From Gammaproteobacteria bacterium (GTDB lineage: Bacteria; Pseudomonadota; Gammaproteobacteria; JAJFKO01), in assembly GCA_028284465.1 (NCBI GenBank), contig JANQRR010000021.1, forward strand, positions 34,876 through 98,875: 64,000 nt of DNA, read 5' to 3'. The position numbers and the translations under genes were made by a program. This document shows, piece by piece, positions 20,601 through 29,648 of the stretch (position 1 is the stretch's first letter; each line of letters starts with the position of its first letter). The notes below the pieces were generated by a model. The model saw only the letters and a list, made by a program, of their open reading frames with translations, was not told the DNA's origin and did no database searches.

Positions 20601-22586
20601 CGTGGTGCTTGGGAATCGGTAAAACGACATTTTCGTCATTTAAATCTTGATATTCAAGCTAACAATTTTACCGTGATAGGGATCGGTGATATGGGTGGTG
20701 ATGTGTTTGGCAATGGTATGTTGTTATCACGTCATATTAAATTAATAGCTGCGTTTAATCACTTACACATATTTCTTGATCCAAAACCAAAGCCAGATGT
20801 TAGTTATCGTGAGCGCCGCCGCTTATTTAAGTTATCACGATCAACTTGGGCTGATTATAATCCCAAGCTTATTTCTCGTGGTGGTGGTGTCTATCGGCGC
20901 TCCGCCAAATCGATCCGCGTATCAGCACAAGTTAAAGAAGTATTTGGATTAAAGAAAGATGTGTGGGTGCCTAATGATTTAATTCGTGAAATGCTCAAAG
21001 CAGAAATAGACTTATTGTGGAATGGTGGTATTGGAACTTTTGTAAAATCTTCATTAGAAGCGAATATAAACGTTGGGGATCGTACTAATGATTCAATTCG
21101 AGTTGATGCCGATGAATTGCAATGTCGGGTTGTTGGTGAAGGCGGTAACTTAGGCTTTACACAACTCGCGCGGGTTGAATATGAATTGATGGGAGGGATG
21201 ATCTACACTGATTTTATCGATAATTCTGCCGGCGTTGATTGTTCTGACCATGAAGTTAATATAAAAATCTTATTAAATGAAGTCGTCCGCAAAAAAGAAT
21301 TAACAAAAAAACAACGTAATAAATTATTAGCAGAAATGACGGCTGAGGTTGCTGAATTAGTATTATCGAACAATTACCATCAAACTCAAGCGTTAGAAAT
21401 GTCAATGCATGATCCAGTAGCAACGATTAATCTATACAATCGTTATATTGTTGAACTCGAGCATGATGGAGAATTAAACCGCGAATTAGAATTCTTGCCA
21501 ACCGAAAAAGATTTATTAGAACGTAAAGCAGTAGGAAGAGGTTTCACTCGCCCAGAAATTTCAGTGTTGCTAGCCTATAGTAAAAATATTTTAAAAGAAA
21601 AAATCTTAGCGTCAGATATCCCTGATAACAAAGGTTTAGATTGGATATTAGAATCAGCATTCCCCAAACCTTTACGTACAAAATATAATAACTATTTACA
21701 AAAGCATAGCTTACGACGCGATATTATTGCCACCCAATTGAGTAATGTTGTTATTAATGATATGGGTAGCTCATTTATCCATCGCATGAAAAATGAAACG
21801 GGTGCCCCTGAAAGCTCTATTGTTAAAGCGTATTTAATTTCACAATATATATTTGATCGTGATGGTTTATGGGAAGATGTCCATTCACTAGATAATAAAA
21901 TTGATTCTAGAGTGCAGATCAGAATGATGTTGCTAGCTTATCGGTTAATTTTGCGAGGCACTCGCTGGTTTTTACGAAATCGACGTTATAAATTAGATAT
22001 TTTGCAATATCAACAATATTTCGTTGCAGACGTGAAAAAACTTGCTGGAATGGTAAATAAATTAATAATCGGTTCGGAGCGCGATAATGTTGATAAGATA
22101 ATACAAATTTTTGTAGAAGCAGGCGTTGATGAAACTATTGCGCAAAGGATAGCAGTTACTGATGTATTATTTCCAGCACTCGATATTATTGATGCAGCAA
22201 AAAAGAATAACTTGAATTTAGCAAAATTTGCTGAAGTCTATTATACCTTAGGTGATATGTTAGAGTTAAGCTGGATCCGTCAGCAAGTGCGGGATTTCAG
22301 TTTTGAAGGTTACTGGGAAGCATTAGCACGGTCGGCATTACGTGATGATATTGATAAACAACAATGTTTATTAGCGGTTTATGCGATGAAATATAAAACC
22401 CGTACTCGTAATACTGAAAAACGGATCCAAGAATGGTTGGAGTCGCATCGTAGTTTAGTTGATCGTTGGTTTAGTATTGTTGCTGATCTGCGTGGCACTA
22501 GCACGCCATCGTTTACAATGTATCTAGTCGCAGTGAGGGAGCTAGCTGATTTGACGCAAGTAGAGCCGATGGTTGAGGTTGCGTGA
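17670..22586 (+). CDS. gdhB: NAD-specific glutamate dehydrogenase, large (about 180 kDa) class
   Basis: 1638 aa. The central Glu/Leu/Phe/Val dehydrogenase catalytic region (KGGIR, GxGxxG NAD site around GIGDMGGDVFGNGML) matches the large NAD-GDH family. Confidence 0.88.
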   Translation: MKRASDAECRQEIISKLVAIAEKKLSKKKTALFAEFVKQYYSHVALEDLYSRSIIDLYGAVISHWNFMYERKKHEVKLRIFNPTFEEDGWESRHTVIQLVHDDMPFLVDSVTMELNRLGYTIYLIIHVGGIIVHRNNKHQLNKIFPVDYSSDIISGKINTVSLKEEEELQSGIAEAPIYIEINRVTDPAVITNIEKNIIRILKDVRVAIDDWDKMRGKVYEIVDELESCRHVLPNISELDETKEFLRWMVNDHFTFLGCRDYKLIGQDEEMALKIVPGSSAGVLRNEKSSKQIRKFSEMPEIIRDLALSNQILIIAKSNTLATVHRRVYTELISIKRFDSEGNTIGERRFVGLFTSTAYSSRPKDIPFIRDKVRQVMLRSHLSLRGHSGKALLHILETYPRDDLFQASVQEIYDTCIEIMHMQERPQIRLFARRDIYNRFMSCMVYVPRELYNTELRQQMQAVLAEAFQSAEVTTTTQFSESILARIHFMLHLDQTKVIDYDLKAIEKRLIEIGRSWKHDLHDNLCEYYGDEQGNRLAAKYYDAFPVGYRETFIAALAINDIRHLEKLSEDNTLEMSLYVPSDSPPETVRFKLYHENLTIPLSDVLPVLENMGMRVIGEEPYEIRTKDKRVYWINDFYMTSVKHEILDISVIKSVFQEAFRNIWFGCAENDGFNYLVIGAELSWRETSLLRAYAKYFRQIGFTFSQSYIEETLMSNPSIAAQLVDLFNMYFDPQQIETSEAKVKQLEKSIEESLDSIANLDQDRILRRFYEIIKATVRTNFFQIEKSGRYKPYISFKLDSRNIPELPLPLPLYEIFVYSPKFEAVHLRSAKVARGGIRWSDRREDFRTEILGLMKAQQVKNSVIVPQGAKGGFVPKNLPIDGNREEILAAVIACYRNFIKGMLDITDNLKSGKVIPPKNVVRYDEDDPYLVVAADKGTATFSDIANSIAKEYGFWLGDAFASGGSTGYDHKKMGITARGAWESVKRHFRHLNLDIQANNFTVIGIGDMGGDVFGNGMLLSRHIKLIAAFNHLHIFLDPKPKPDVSYRERRRLFKLSRSTWADYNPKLISRGGGVYRRSAKSIRVSAQVKEVFGLKKDVWVPNDLIREMLKAEIDLLWNGGIGTFVKSSLEANINVGDRTNDSIRVDADELQCRVVGEGGNLGFTQLARVEYELMGGMIYTDFIDNSAGVDCSDHEVNIKILLNEVVRKKELTKKQRNKLLAEMTAEVAELVLSNNYHQTQALEMSMHDPVATINLYNRYIVELEHDGELNRELEFLPTEKDLLERKAVGRGFTRPEISVLLAYSKNILKEKILASDIPDNKGLDWILESAFPKPLRTKYNNYLQKHSLRRDIIATQLSNVVINDMGSSFIHRMKNETGAPESSIVKAYLISQYIFDRDGLWEDVHSLDNKIDSRVQIRMMLLAYRLILRGTRWFLRNRRYKLDILQYQQYFVADVKKLAGMVNKLIIGSERDNVDKIIQIFVEAGVDETIAQRIAVTDVLFPALDIIDAAKKNNLNLAKFAEVYYTLGDMLELSWIRQQVRDFSFEGYWEALARSALRDDIDKQQCLLAVYAMKYKTRTRNTEKRIQEWLESHRSLVDRWFSIVADLRGTSTPSFTMYLVAVRELADLTQVEPMVEVA

Positions 22587-22611
22587 TGGATTTCAGCAGT
22601 TTATGTTGGCC

Positions 22612-25600
22612 CTAGGTGCTAGGGCAAAAGAGATATTCATTTATATTGTTTCCATTAGGTTCTTCTGACTGTTTTGTGTCTGGAATTGGTATAGTGGTTC
22701 TGGGTTGTTTACCTTTTGTTCTAGCATCAAAAAATAAATGACCACAAGCAATAAATTTTTTAAGGTAAGTTTCAGATGTATATTTGGGGTTTTCTAAGGT
22801 TGTCCTAAAAGCTATAGACCCATCGAGAGTGGCAGCAAGTAGTTTCCAAGCATATATGATTTCTTCGATTTTTATATTTATCTCATTATTATTTGTGGTT
22901 GTTAAATTTTGAGAAAGTTTTTTTTGTAAGGTAGTAAATGAAGGAATATAGTTAGCACTGCGTGCTGGAGGAGCGCTGATCAAAGAATAAATATTATTCT
23001 GTAAATCAGTGCCATTTTTAGGTGCATCTTTTAGGATAATTTCGAGATTATTTTTTACATATTTTTGAATAAAGCCAAGATGAAGTGTAATAAACAATAC
23101 ATCAATAGTACGAGATTCTAATATAGGTTTGCCAATAAAATTACGGTGAAGGTTTTCTACTATATTATTAAAGTTTTTATTGGTAATGGTCAAAGGAACA
23201 TTGAGTAAATTATTAAATTCAATTATTTCTGATTGTTCAGTATCTTCCGGCCAAGAATAAGCGTTAGAACTAGAGAAGCTTGTTTCTGCCCAAGCTTTAT
23301 AATGCTCTATGCATTTTAAGAATTTTTTTGTATCTTTACCTGGTGGTAAATTTTGTTTTATCTTAGTGATCTGAGTACATAAAGCTAAAATTAAAGTGCA
23401 GAAATTCTTTTCTGCTTTTAGGATACCTCGTAGAACTAATACATGCGGTGGCCCTTTAGATGAATGAGGTTTATCAGCTGTTGCTTTCCTTTTCCCTTTT
23501 TTATCCATTTCAGTGTCGTCAAATAATGCTTTTTTTACTTTTGGGGTTACAGAACTTTTCTTTCGACGAGATACACGCTTATATGGTGTGCCAATCGAAC
23601 TCGTCATTTTTTTTAGTACCGGTGTAGTGGCGGTAGGATTTTTAGTTGGCGTTGTTGGTGTATGATCTGTTGCGCTGGTACTTAAAACTTGTTCAGATAA
23701 AATAGATTGAATTTGTGCTTGCATAGCCTGTATACTATCGCTAGCTTCACCTTGCCATTCTTGTAATGCCATAAGCTGCGTTAGTAAGAATCCACGTTCC
23801 TTTGCATGTGCTAATGATGTTTGTTGTTGTGTTCTAACTAGCTCAGACAGTAGCCTCACCTGTTGATCAACTGCGGCTAGGCCAGGAGTTATGACTCCAA
23901 TCCCAGGCTTAAGATCTGCTGTAAGCGTAGTTTTAACATGCTTCGTTATTAATAATTGATTTAATGTTTTAAACTCGCCATTGAGTAATTCTATTTTCTT
24001 TGTAAAAGGATTTTTTTTCCAAGTGCTGGTATTAGGTTTAAGTATTTCTGGTAAATAGTAATTTTCAATAGTATAAGATAAACTTTGATTCGGGCTTGGT
24101 GGGGCTGCAAGTTCTAATAATACAGCTTTGGTGCGTTCAAATAATTGATTACTTAATTCTTCGATGCTACCAGAGGCTACTTGAGCAAACATTTTATTGC
24201 AGCGTAAAATAAGCCGTAACGTTAATAATTTTGCAAATAAGCCAACCTCAGTACCTGTCATTGTTAATTCTGCTAAAGTATCACAAGATTGTTGAGTAAG
24301 ATATTGCCCACACATGCTGACAATATTGGAAGTTGCACTTATTATGGGAGCGCCTACAGGGGTGATCATGCCAGCAATTGTAAAGTACTTGTTTAATTTA
24401 CCAAATTTACTGCTAACTGAGACATCACCACTTTTAGCAACTCTGGCGGCTTCTAATTGTATTGATAATCGTTTGCAAAGTTTTATGTATAATTGATCCA
24501 AACTTTTGTTATTAAGCTGAGAAATTTTTTGTTCTAAAGTTTTAATGTCGATAGTAATTGAATGTGCATGGATTAATGTTTTAAGTTTATTGCAATCGAT
24601 CTCTGAAAGATTAGGGATTTTTGCTTCTAAGTTGTCGATATCAATGCGCAAAGCTTGCATTTGTTCATCAAAACTTGATGAACTGCTGCCAGTGGCTGAG
24701 TATTTATAATCGTCTAATATAAATTTTACTTGCTCTTCTATTTTTTCATAGGTTCTTGAGGTTTTACTTTGTGTTTGTGATAAATTTTCATCTTCTTTCA
24801 ACGCTGCTAAAGCATCATTGTTATTTATTGTTGTTTGAATATGTTTTAGTTCAGGAATTAATTGTTCCTTCTCTTTTGAACGAAAACCTAAAAACCCTGC
24901 TAAAGATTTGGCGCGTTTTTTAATAAATGCATTATGATTTTCAATTATATTAGTTATGCGAATTTGTGTGCCGTCAGCCTTGACAGTCGCATTACAATCT
25001 TGAAATTTAGTAATTTCTGAAATTAAGTCTTTGACGATAGGCAATACGCGGCCTTGCCTTTTTTCCATCGATTGTAGGGTATAAATAAAGTGGATCTTGC
25101 TTTCACCTGTAAGATGGCCTTTTTTAAAATGAAATAAAATCTTGCGTCCCAATCTAGCTGTGAGTTCTTCCATGTCTGGGATTTTATGTAGGGCATGAAA
25201 TACCAATACTAATTGACTGAGATCACTTTCATTAAGCACTTTATTAATAAAAATATTAACAATAGAGTTGATGTAGTTTTTATAAGTTGAACGAGTTGCA
25301 AAATGGTATTTTTTTAATTGTGGATAGCTTGCGATCACAGGTAAAACATAGTCACTCCATTTCAGTGGTGTGGCCTCTGCTTGTTCTCCATCTTCGGGGA
25401 ATCCAGTTAACAACTCTCGAGCCTTATTGCCTGCTACCCAAAATTTCCACCATGATCGTTTAATATCAAATAATTGCTTGCTAACTATGCCAATAATTGC
25501 AGTGATTTGTTGTGAATTTTCTTCAATAGTTTCCGCTAAACAATCTGGTAGCATAGGTGATGTGGCTTTTGCCGCTGCACCATTCTTTACGGTGTTTGGT

Positions 25601-26406
25601 AGCATAGGCGCTAAAATAACTCGAATGCGCAATAAAGCGCGCATTAAGTCAGTATTACTTTGCAAATTTGCCAAAGCAAGTTTAGGTGTTATTGTATTGT
25701 TACTTGTATCTTCTAGATTTCTTATGATTGTATCTAATTCTTCAGATGATCTATCCTTAAATTTTCCAATAATCGTATTTAATAGTGTTGTTAATTCATC
25801 AACTTTTATTTTTTTATTATTAATGGCAGTCGTGATCTCAGATAAAATAGAACTAGAAACAATAGAATATTGTTCATGATTTGAATTTTTTAATGCATAT
25901 GAACAATGCGCGCGTGCATAACGTAATAAAGACAGTTTTTCATTAAGACGCTTTACTGTCAGAGGGGATGCGCTGGCATTATAAAATTTTTCTAGCCGAA
26001 TTTGTTTTTGTTTTTCAGTTTTTTTATCGTTAAATAAAAATCTTAAAACATAATTGATTTTAGTTTGTAAAGTTTTAATGCTTTTTTGTAAATCTTTATC
26101 GGTAGTGCGCTTGAAATATTGGCATAATCTGTAATGATATTTTAAACAATATAATAATTCATGTGCTAAAGTTATCGCTTGTTCTTTATTATTATATGTA
26201 GAGCTTGACGGTGCCAATGATGTTCTATTCGGATATATTTCATCGTATTTTTTCTTAAAATAATTATAATCAACTTCAGTCAAAATATTATTATTAATTT
26301 GATCGATTGCATAAGCTAAAAATTCTTTAGCATATGTTACTTTTTGTTTATCATTTCTACGTTGGTCAAAAGCTTCGATTATTATAGTTAGATCACCTTT
26401 AGCCAC
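22612..26406 (-). CDS. large hypothetical protein (1264 aa), effector-like
   Basis: Intact ORF, N/K/I-rich, with no recognisable catalytic motif. It has an internal P/T-rich linker (HTPTTPTKNPTATTP) followed by a basic patch (KRVSRRKK...KKGKRK). No signal peptide. Confidence 0.6.
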   Translation of the reverse strand: MAKGDLTIIIEAFDQRRNDKQKVTYAKEFLAYAIDQINNNILTEVDYNYFKKKYDEIYPNRTSLAPSSSTYNNKEQAITLAHELLYCLKYHYRLCQYFKRTTDKDLQKSIKTLQTKINYVLRFLFNDKKTEKQKQIRLEKFYNASASPLTVKRLNEKLSLLRYARAHCSYALKNSNHEQYSIVSSSILSEITTAINNKKIKVDELTTLLNTIIGKFKDRSSEELDTIIRNLEDTSNNTITPKLALANLQSNTDLMRALLRIRVILAPMLPNTVKNGAAAKATSPMLPDCLAETIEENSQQITAIIGIVSKQLFDIKRSWWKFWVAGNKARELLTGFPEDGEQAEATPLKWSDYVLPVIASYPQLKKYHFATRSTYKNYINSIVNIFINKVLNESDLSQLVLVFHALHKIPDMEELTARLGRKILFHFKKGHLTGESKIHFIYTLQSMEKRQGRVLPIVKDLISEITKFQDCNATVKADGTQIRITNIIENHNAFIKKRAKSLAGFLGFRSKEKEQLIPELKHIQTTINNNDALAALKEDENLSQTQSKTSRTYEKIEEQVKFILDDYKYSATGSSSSSFDEQMQALRIDIDNLEAKIPNLSEIDCNKLKTLIHAHSITIDIKTLEQKISQLNNKSLDQLYIKLCKRLSIQLEAARVAKSGDVSVSSKFGKLNKYFTIAGMITPVGAPIISATSNIVSMCGQYLTQQSCDTLAELTMTGTEVGLFAKLLTLRLILRCNKMFAQVASGSIEELSNQLFERTKAVLLELAAPPSPNQSLSYTIENYYLPEILKPNTSTWKKNPFTKKIELLNGEFKTLNQLLITKHVKTTLTADLKPGIGVITPGLAAVDQQVRLLSELVRTQQQTSLAHAKERGFLLTQLMALQEWQGEASDSIQAMQAQIQSILSEQVLSTSATDHTPTTPTKNPTATTPVLKKMTSSIGTPYKRVSRRKKSSVTPKVKKALFDDTEMDKKGKRKATADKPHSSKGPPHVLVLRGILKAEKNFCTLILALCTQITKIKQNLPPGKDTKKFLKCIEHYKAWAETSFSSSNAYSWPEDTEQSEIIEFNNLLNVPLTITNKNFNNIVENLHRNFIGKPILESRTIDVLFITLHLGFIQKYVKNNLEIILKDAPKNGTDLQNNIYSLISAPPARSANYIPSFTTLQKKLSQNLTTTNNNEINIKIEEIIYAWKLLAATLDGSIAFRTTLENPKYTSETYLKKFIACGHLFFDARTKGKQPRTTIPIPDTKQSEEPNGNNINEYLFCPST

Positions 26407-26743
26407 GATAACATCTCCTTAAATTATTATGTTTCTTGCGTATGTATACCAACTAGAACTGTTAACAAACAATTCTAAATTGTTATAACGCAATAATGTT
26501 GGAAGGCTAAGTTATTTTAAGACTGTTTCTCTCCGCGCAAAGCGTTGTTCTTTTTATTATGTTGCATTGCTATAATTAACATAACATAAACTTTTAAATA
26601 AAAAAAGCAAATAAAAACATATAATTATTTGAGAGAATAAATAATGATCTATTAGTATAATTATAGTCGCAATAAAACAACGACTGCGTTATAATTTGTT
26701 TTGTTCGTATGCAAATCGTTTAATTAATGATAGGTAATTTGTT

Positions 26744-27424
26744 ATGGGTATGACACGTTCTTTCTTTAGTATGTTCGGGCCATCGCCAATTCGTCCATTA
26801 CAACAACACATGGCAAAAGCATTTGCTTGTGCAGAAATGTTAAAACCATTCTTTGAACAAGTGCTCAAACAAAATTGGACTGCAGCAGAAAAATATCAAA
26901 GTCAAATTGTTCAGCTTGAAAACGACGCGGATGAATTAAAAAAGAATTTACGTTTGCAATTACCGAAAGGATTGTTTTTACCAGTGCCACGATCAGACAT
27001 TTTAGAATTATTAAGTATTCAAGACAGCGTAGCGAATAAATCTAAAGATATTGCTGGCATGATCATCGGTCGGCGTATGCATATTCCTGAGAGTATCGCT
27101 GAGGCATTTAGCCAATACATCCAACGCAGTATTGATGCAGCAGCGCAGGCGAATAAAGCCATTCATGAGCTTGATGAATTGCTGGAAACAGGTTTTCGTG
27201 GTCGGGAAGTCGAGATTGTAGAAGAAATGATCTTGAAGCTAAATGACATTGAACATGATACCGATGAAATGCAGATTAGTATTCGTCGATCATTATTTGA
27301 ATTGGAATCAACATTGGCACCGATCGATGTCATGTTTCTTTATAAGATAGTTGATTGGGTTGGTGATCTTGCCGATCGAGCGCAAGGTGTGGGTGGGCGT
27401 TTGCAAATGTTACTTGCGCGATAA
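26744..27424 (+). CDS. DUF47/TIGR00153 family protein (PhoU-like, putative phosphate-transport accessory regulator)
   Basis: 226-aa all-helical protein with the characteristic DUF47 N-terminus (F..FGPSP...L..H) and PhoU-like repeats. Confidence 0.7.
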   Translation: MGMTRSFFSMFGPSPIRPLQQHMAKAFACAEMLKPFFEQVLKQNWTAAEKYQSQIVQLENDADELKKNLRLQLPKGLFLPVPRSDILELLSIQDSVANKSKDIAGMIIGRRMHIPESIAEAFSQYIQRSIDAAAQANKAIHELDELLETGFRGREVEIVEEMILKLNDIEHDTDEMQISIRRSLFELESTLAPIDVMFLYKIVDWVGDLADRAQGVGGRLQMLLAR

Positions 27425-27432
27425 TCCTATCA

Positions 27433-27627
27433 TCAGAAATTTTCCCAAATTTGTTTATCATCCTCAGAATAATTAGGATTATTACGTTTTTCAAATATTG
27501 GTTTATGCTTATTGATTTCTTGCTGTTGAAATTTAGTTTTTTGCGGATGAGTTGCTTCGAAGTTTTTTAATAACGTATCAATCTCGCTAACATAATTTGC
27601 TTTAATTTGTTTTTTAAACATATTCAT
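27433..27627 (-). CDS. hypothetical small protein (64 aa)
   Basis: Starts 4 nt after the stop of the upstream 121-aa gene, on the same strand. No homolog recognised. Confidence 0.3.
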   Translation of the reverse strand: MNMFKKQIKANYVSEIDTLLKNFEATHPQKTKFQQQEINKHKPIFEKRNNPNYSEDDKQIWENF

Positions 27628-27631
27628 TACC

Positions 27632-27997
27632 TCAAAATGTCATTTGCTGACGTTTCATCACCCATTCAAGCAGTTTATTAGGTTGTTTAGTGTATTTAGT
27701 AAAAACATTAAAAATTGCAATACCCAGTGTTTGTTGATCATAAGGTTTTAACAAGACATAACCATGCGTTAAAGGCTTATTCAATGTCACTGTGCCCCAA
27801 TCACATACAGTCTTGCCGCAGTAACCCCAAGCATGCATGACAATATGGTGGTTTTGTTTGCTGATAATAACTTTTTTTAGCAAGCGATTGTTATGTTCCA
27901 TGTTATGCCAAATTCCAGTGATACTAGCAGCTTCTACATTTGCACAGATCAATAAGAAGATTGTTAAGTAAAAAAACGCATGCAGCAATCGTTTCAT
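27632..27997 (-). CDS. hypothetical secreted protein (121 aa)
   Basis: N-terminal signal peptide (LLICANVEA/AS). The start overlaps the permease stop (ATGA), which suggests an operon. Confidence 0.5.
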   Translation of the reverse strand: MKRLLHAFFYLTIFLLICANVEAASITGIWHNMEHNNRLLKKVIISKQNHHIVMHAWGYCGKTVCDWGTVTLNKPLTHGYVLLKPYDQQTLGIAIFNVFTKYTKQPNKLLEWVMKRQQMTF

Positions 27998-29409
27998 TGG
28001 GAAGTTTCCTTGTTACCACAATATTGAGTTAACTTATAAATTACAATCGGCAATACACAAAATATGATCATACCAGCAAATAAGATGAGTTCAAAACGTT
28101 GGCTGTCGATTATTTGCAATTGTGATGGTGGGAAAAAGCCGACAACAATGCCGAAGATACAAGCTAAAGTTCCAATCCCGCTTACTAACCAAACACCAAT
28201 GTTGCCGCCAGGAATCTTGTAAGCTCGAGGCGTTTTTGGTTGGCTAACACGTAATTTAATTGCAGCAGCAAACATGCCGATATACATTAATAAAGCTAAT
28301 TGTGCAGTCATCGCAGTTAACAACCAATATGAGCTATTAATTGTTGGTAATAACAAAAACACCATAGCAAGAATGCTGACAAGAATAGCTTGCATGATCA
28401 GTACAGGCACTGGTGCACCGTAACGATTCACCTTACCAAAAATAGCTGGAATACTACCATCGCGACTGGCGATCAATAAACCTTTAGTAGGCCCAATGAT
28501 CCAAGCTGAAATTCCACTGATCCCACCAATAACAATTAAAATAGCAGTGGCTGGCAGTAGCCAGTGTAAATGAAAAGTGTGTAGAAAAATTCCAAATGCA
28601 TCGATAAGCCCAGTCACTAAACTTAATCGCGTATGCGGCACCACAATAGCGATGGCTAAGCTGGCAAGCACCAGAGAAATATAAATAATCAAAGTTGAAA
28701 ACAGTAATGCTCGCGGATAATCGCGCTGCGGGTTATGCACTTCTTCAGCATGTGCGGCTGACATTTCCATCCCGACTAATCCGAACATGATCCCTAACAG
28801 TAATACCATATTATGAAATGAGTATGATTGCGGAAATAAGGTGGTGACGTTCATTTGAATTTGTAAGGAATTGCCTTGTGCAAACCAAATGATCCCAAGA
28901 ATAATAATAAATATCATTGGTAATAATGTGCCAAACAGAGCGCCTAAGGTAGTAACCCAGCTGGAAATGCGCATTCCAAAGCAGTTGATAAGCGTTATTG
29001 CCCAGAATAACACCAATACTGTGCTGACTAAATAAACTTTGTTGTGTGCTAGTTGTGGTTCAATCACATAAGCTAGAGTAGCAACGATAAAAGCAAGTAC
29101 TGTTGGATACCACACGACATTGTAAATCCACTGAAACCAAATCACTAGAAACCCAATAGGTTTACCGAATGCGGTGCTGGTCCAAACATAAACACCGCCG
29201 GTTTTAGGCCAGCCAGTAGCTAATTCTGCGGCGACGAGTGCAGAAGGAATGAGAAAGATTAATGCAGCAATAGTGTAATAAAATACAGCAGTAAAACCAT
29301 ATTCGGCGCTGATTGCTAAAGTCCGTAAGCTATCAACCGCAATAACATTGATCATGACTAAAGCAAAAACACTCAGGACACGGCGTGGACGAACGTAAGC
29401 TGTATTCAT
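27994..29409 (-). CDS. APC-family amino acid permease
   Basis: 471 aa with about 12 TM helices and the APC/amino-acid-polyamine transporter pattern. Confidence 0.85.
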   Translation of the reverse strand: MNTAYVRPRRVLSVFALVMINVIAVDSLRTLAISAEYGFTAVFYYTIAALIFLIPSALVAAELATGWPKTGGVYVWTSTAFGKPIGFLVIWFQWIYNVVWYPTVLAFIVATLAYVIEPQLAHNKVYLVSTVLVLFWAITLINCFGMRISSWVTTLGALFGTLLPMIFIIILGIIWFAQGNSLQIQMNVTTLFPQSYSFHNMVLLLGIMFGLVGMEMSAAHAEEVHNPQRDYPRALLFSTLIIYISLVLASLAIAIVVPHTRLSLVTGLIDAFGIFLHTFHLHWLLPATAILIVIGGISGISAWIIGPTKGLLIASRDGSIPAIFGKVNRYGAPVPVLIMQAILVSILAMVFLLLPTINSSYWLLTAMTAQLALLMYIGMFAAAIKLRVSQPKTPRAYKIPGGNIGVWLVSGIGTLACIFGIVVGFFPPSQLQIIDSQRFELILFAGMIIFCVLPIVIYKLTQYCGNKETSQ

Positions 29410-29463
29410 TTAAACTCCTATTTTTATTGATGTATCATAATATACCAGATGGGGCTTGTGAAT

Positions 29464-29515
29464 GAAAAAAAGAAATGCCTTACAGATTTAGAAGTTCAAA
29501 ACAAATCTGTAAGGC
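29464..29515 (-). terminator. Rho-independent terminator downstream of the 482-aa gene
   Basis: Perfect 13-bp stem GCCTTACAGATTT/AAATCTGTAAGGC (29477-29515) with a 13-nt loop. On the minus strand it is followed by ATTTCTTTTTTTC. Confidence 0.55.
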
Positions 29516-29648
29516 TATGTATGATGGAGATGTCGCTGAGGTTGATATTTTTCCATTGGAGTTATAATTCATTTGCCCGGAAAACGTAAATCCAAATTAT
29601 CATGAATGCTAGGTTAAGGTCAAGGAATAGTTTTCCGTAACCGAGTTA

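Noticed and set aside
22612-22630. C-terminus ...LFCPST of the 1264-aa protein as a CaaX box
   Set aside because: CPST is not a canonical Cys-aliphatic-aliphatic-X motif because Pro is at a1 and Ser at a2. By contrast, the CLVM end of the F-box protein is canonical.
26407-26743. AT-rich 340-bp gap upstream of the DUF47 gene as a possible ncRNA or tRNA locus
   Set aside because: There are no GC-rich stems or tRNA-like T-arm (GGTTCGAATCC-type) motifs. It is most simply a promoter or regulatory AT-rich spacer.
29577-29637. 8-bp inverted repeat CGGAAAAC...GTTTTCCG downstream of the 482-aa gene
   Set aside because: The stem is short with a 43-nt spacer, which is likely at chance frequency in AT-rich DNA. 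The nearby 13-bp perfect hairpin is the credible terminator.
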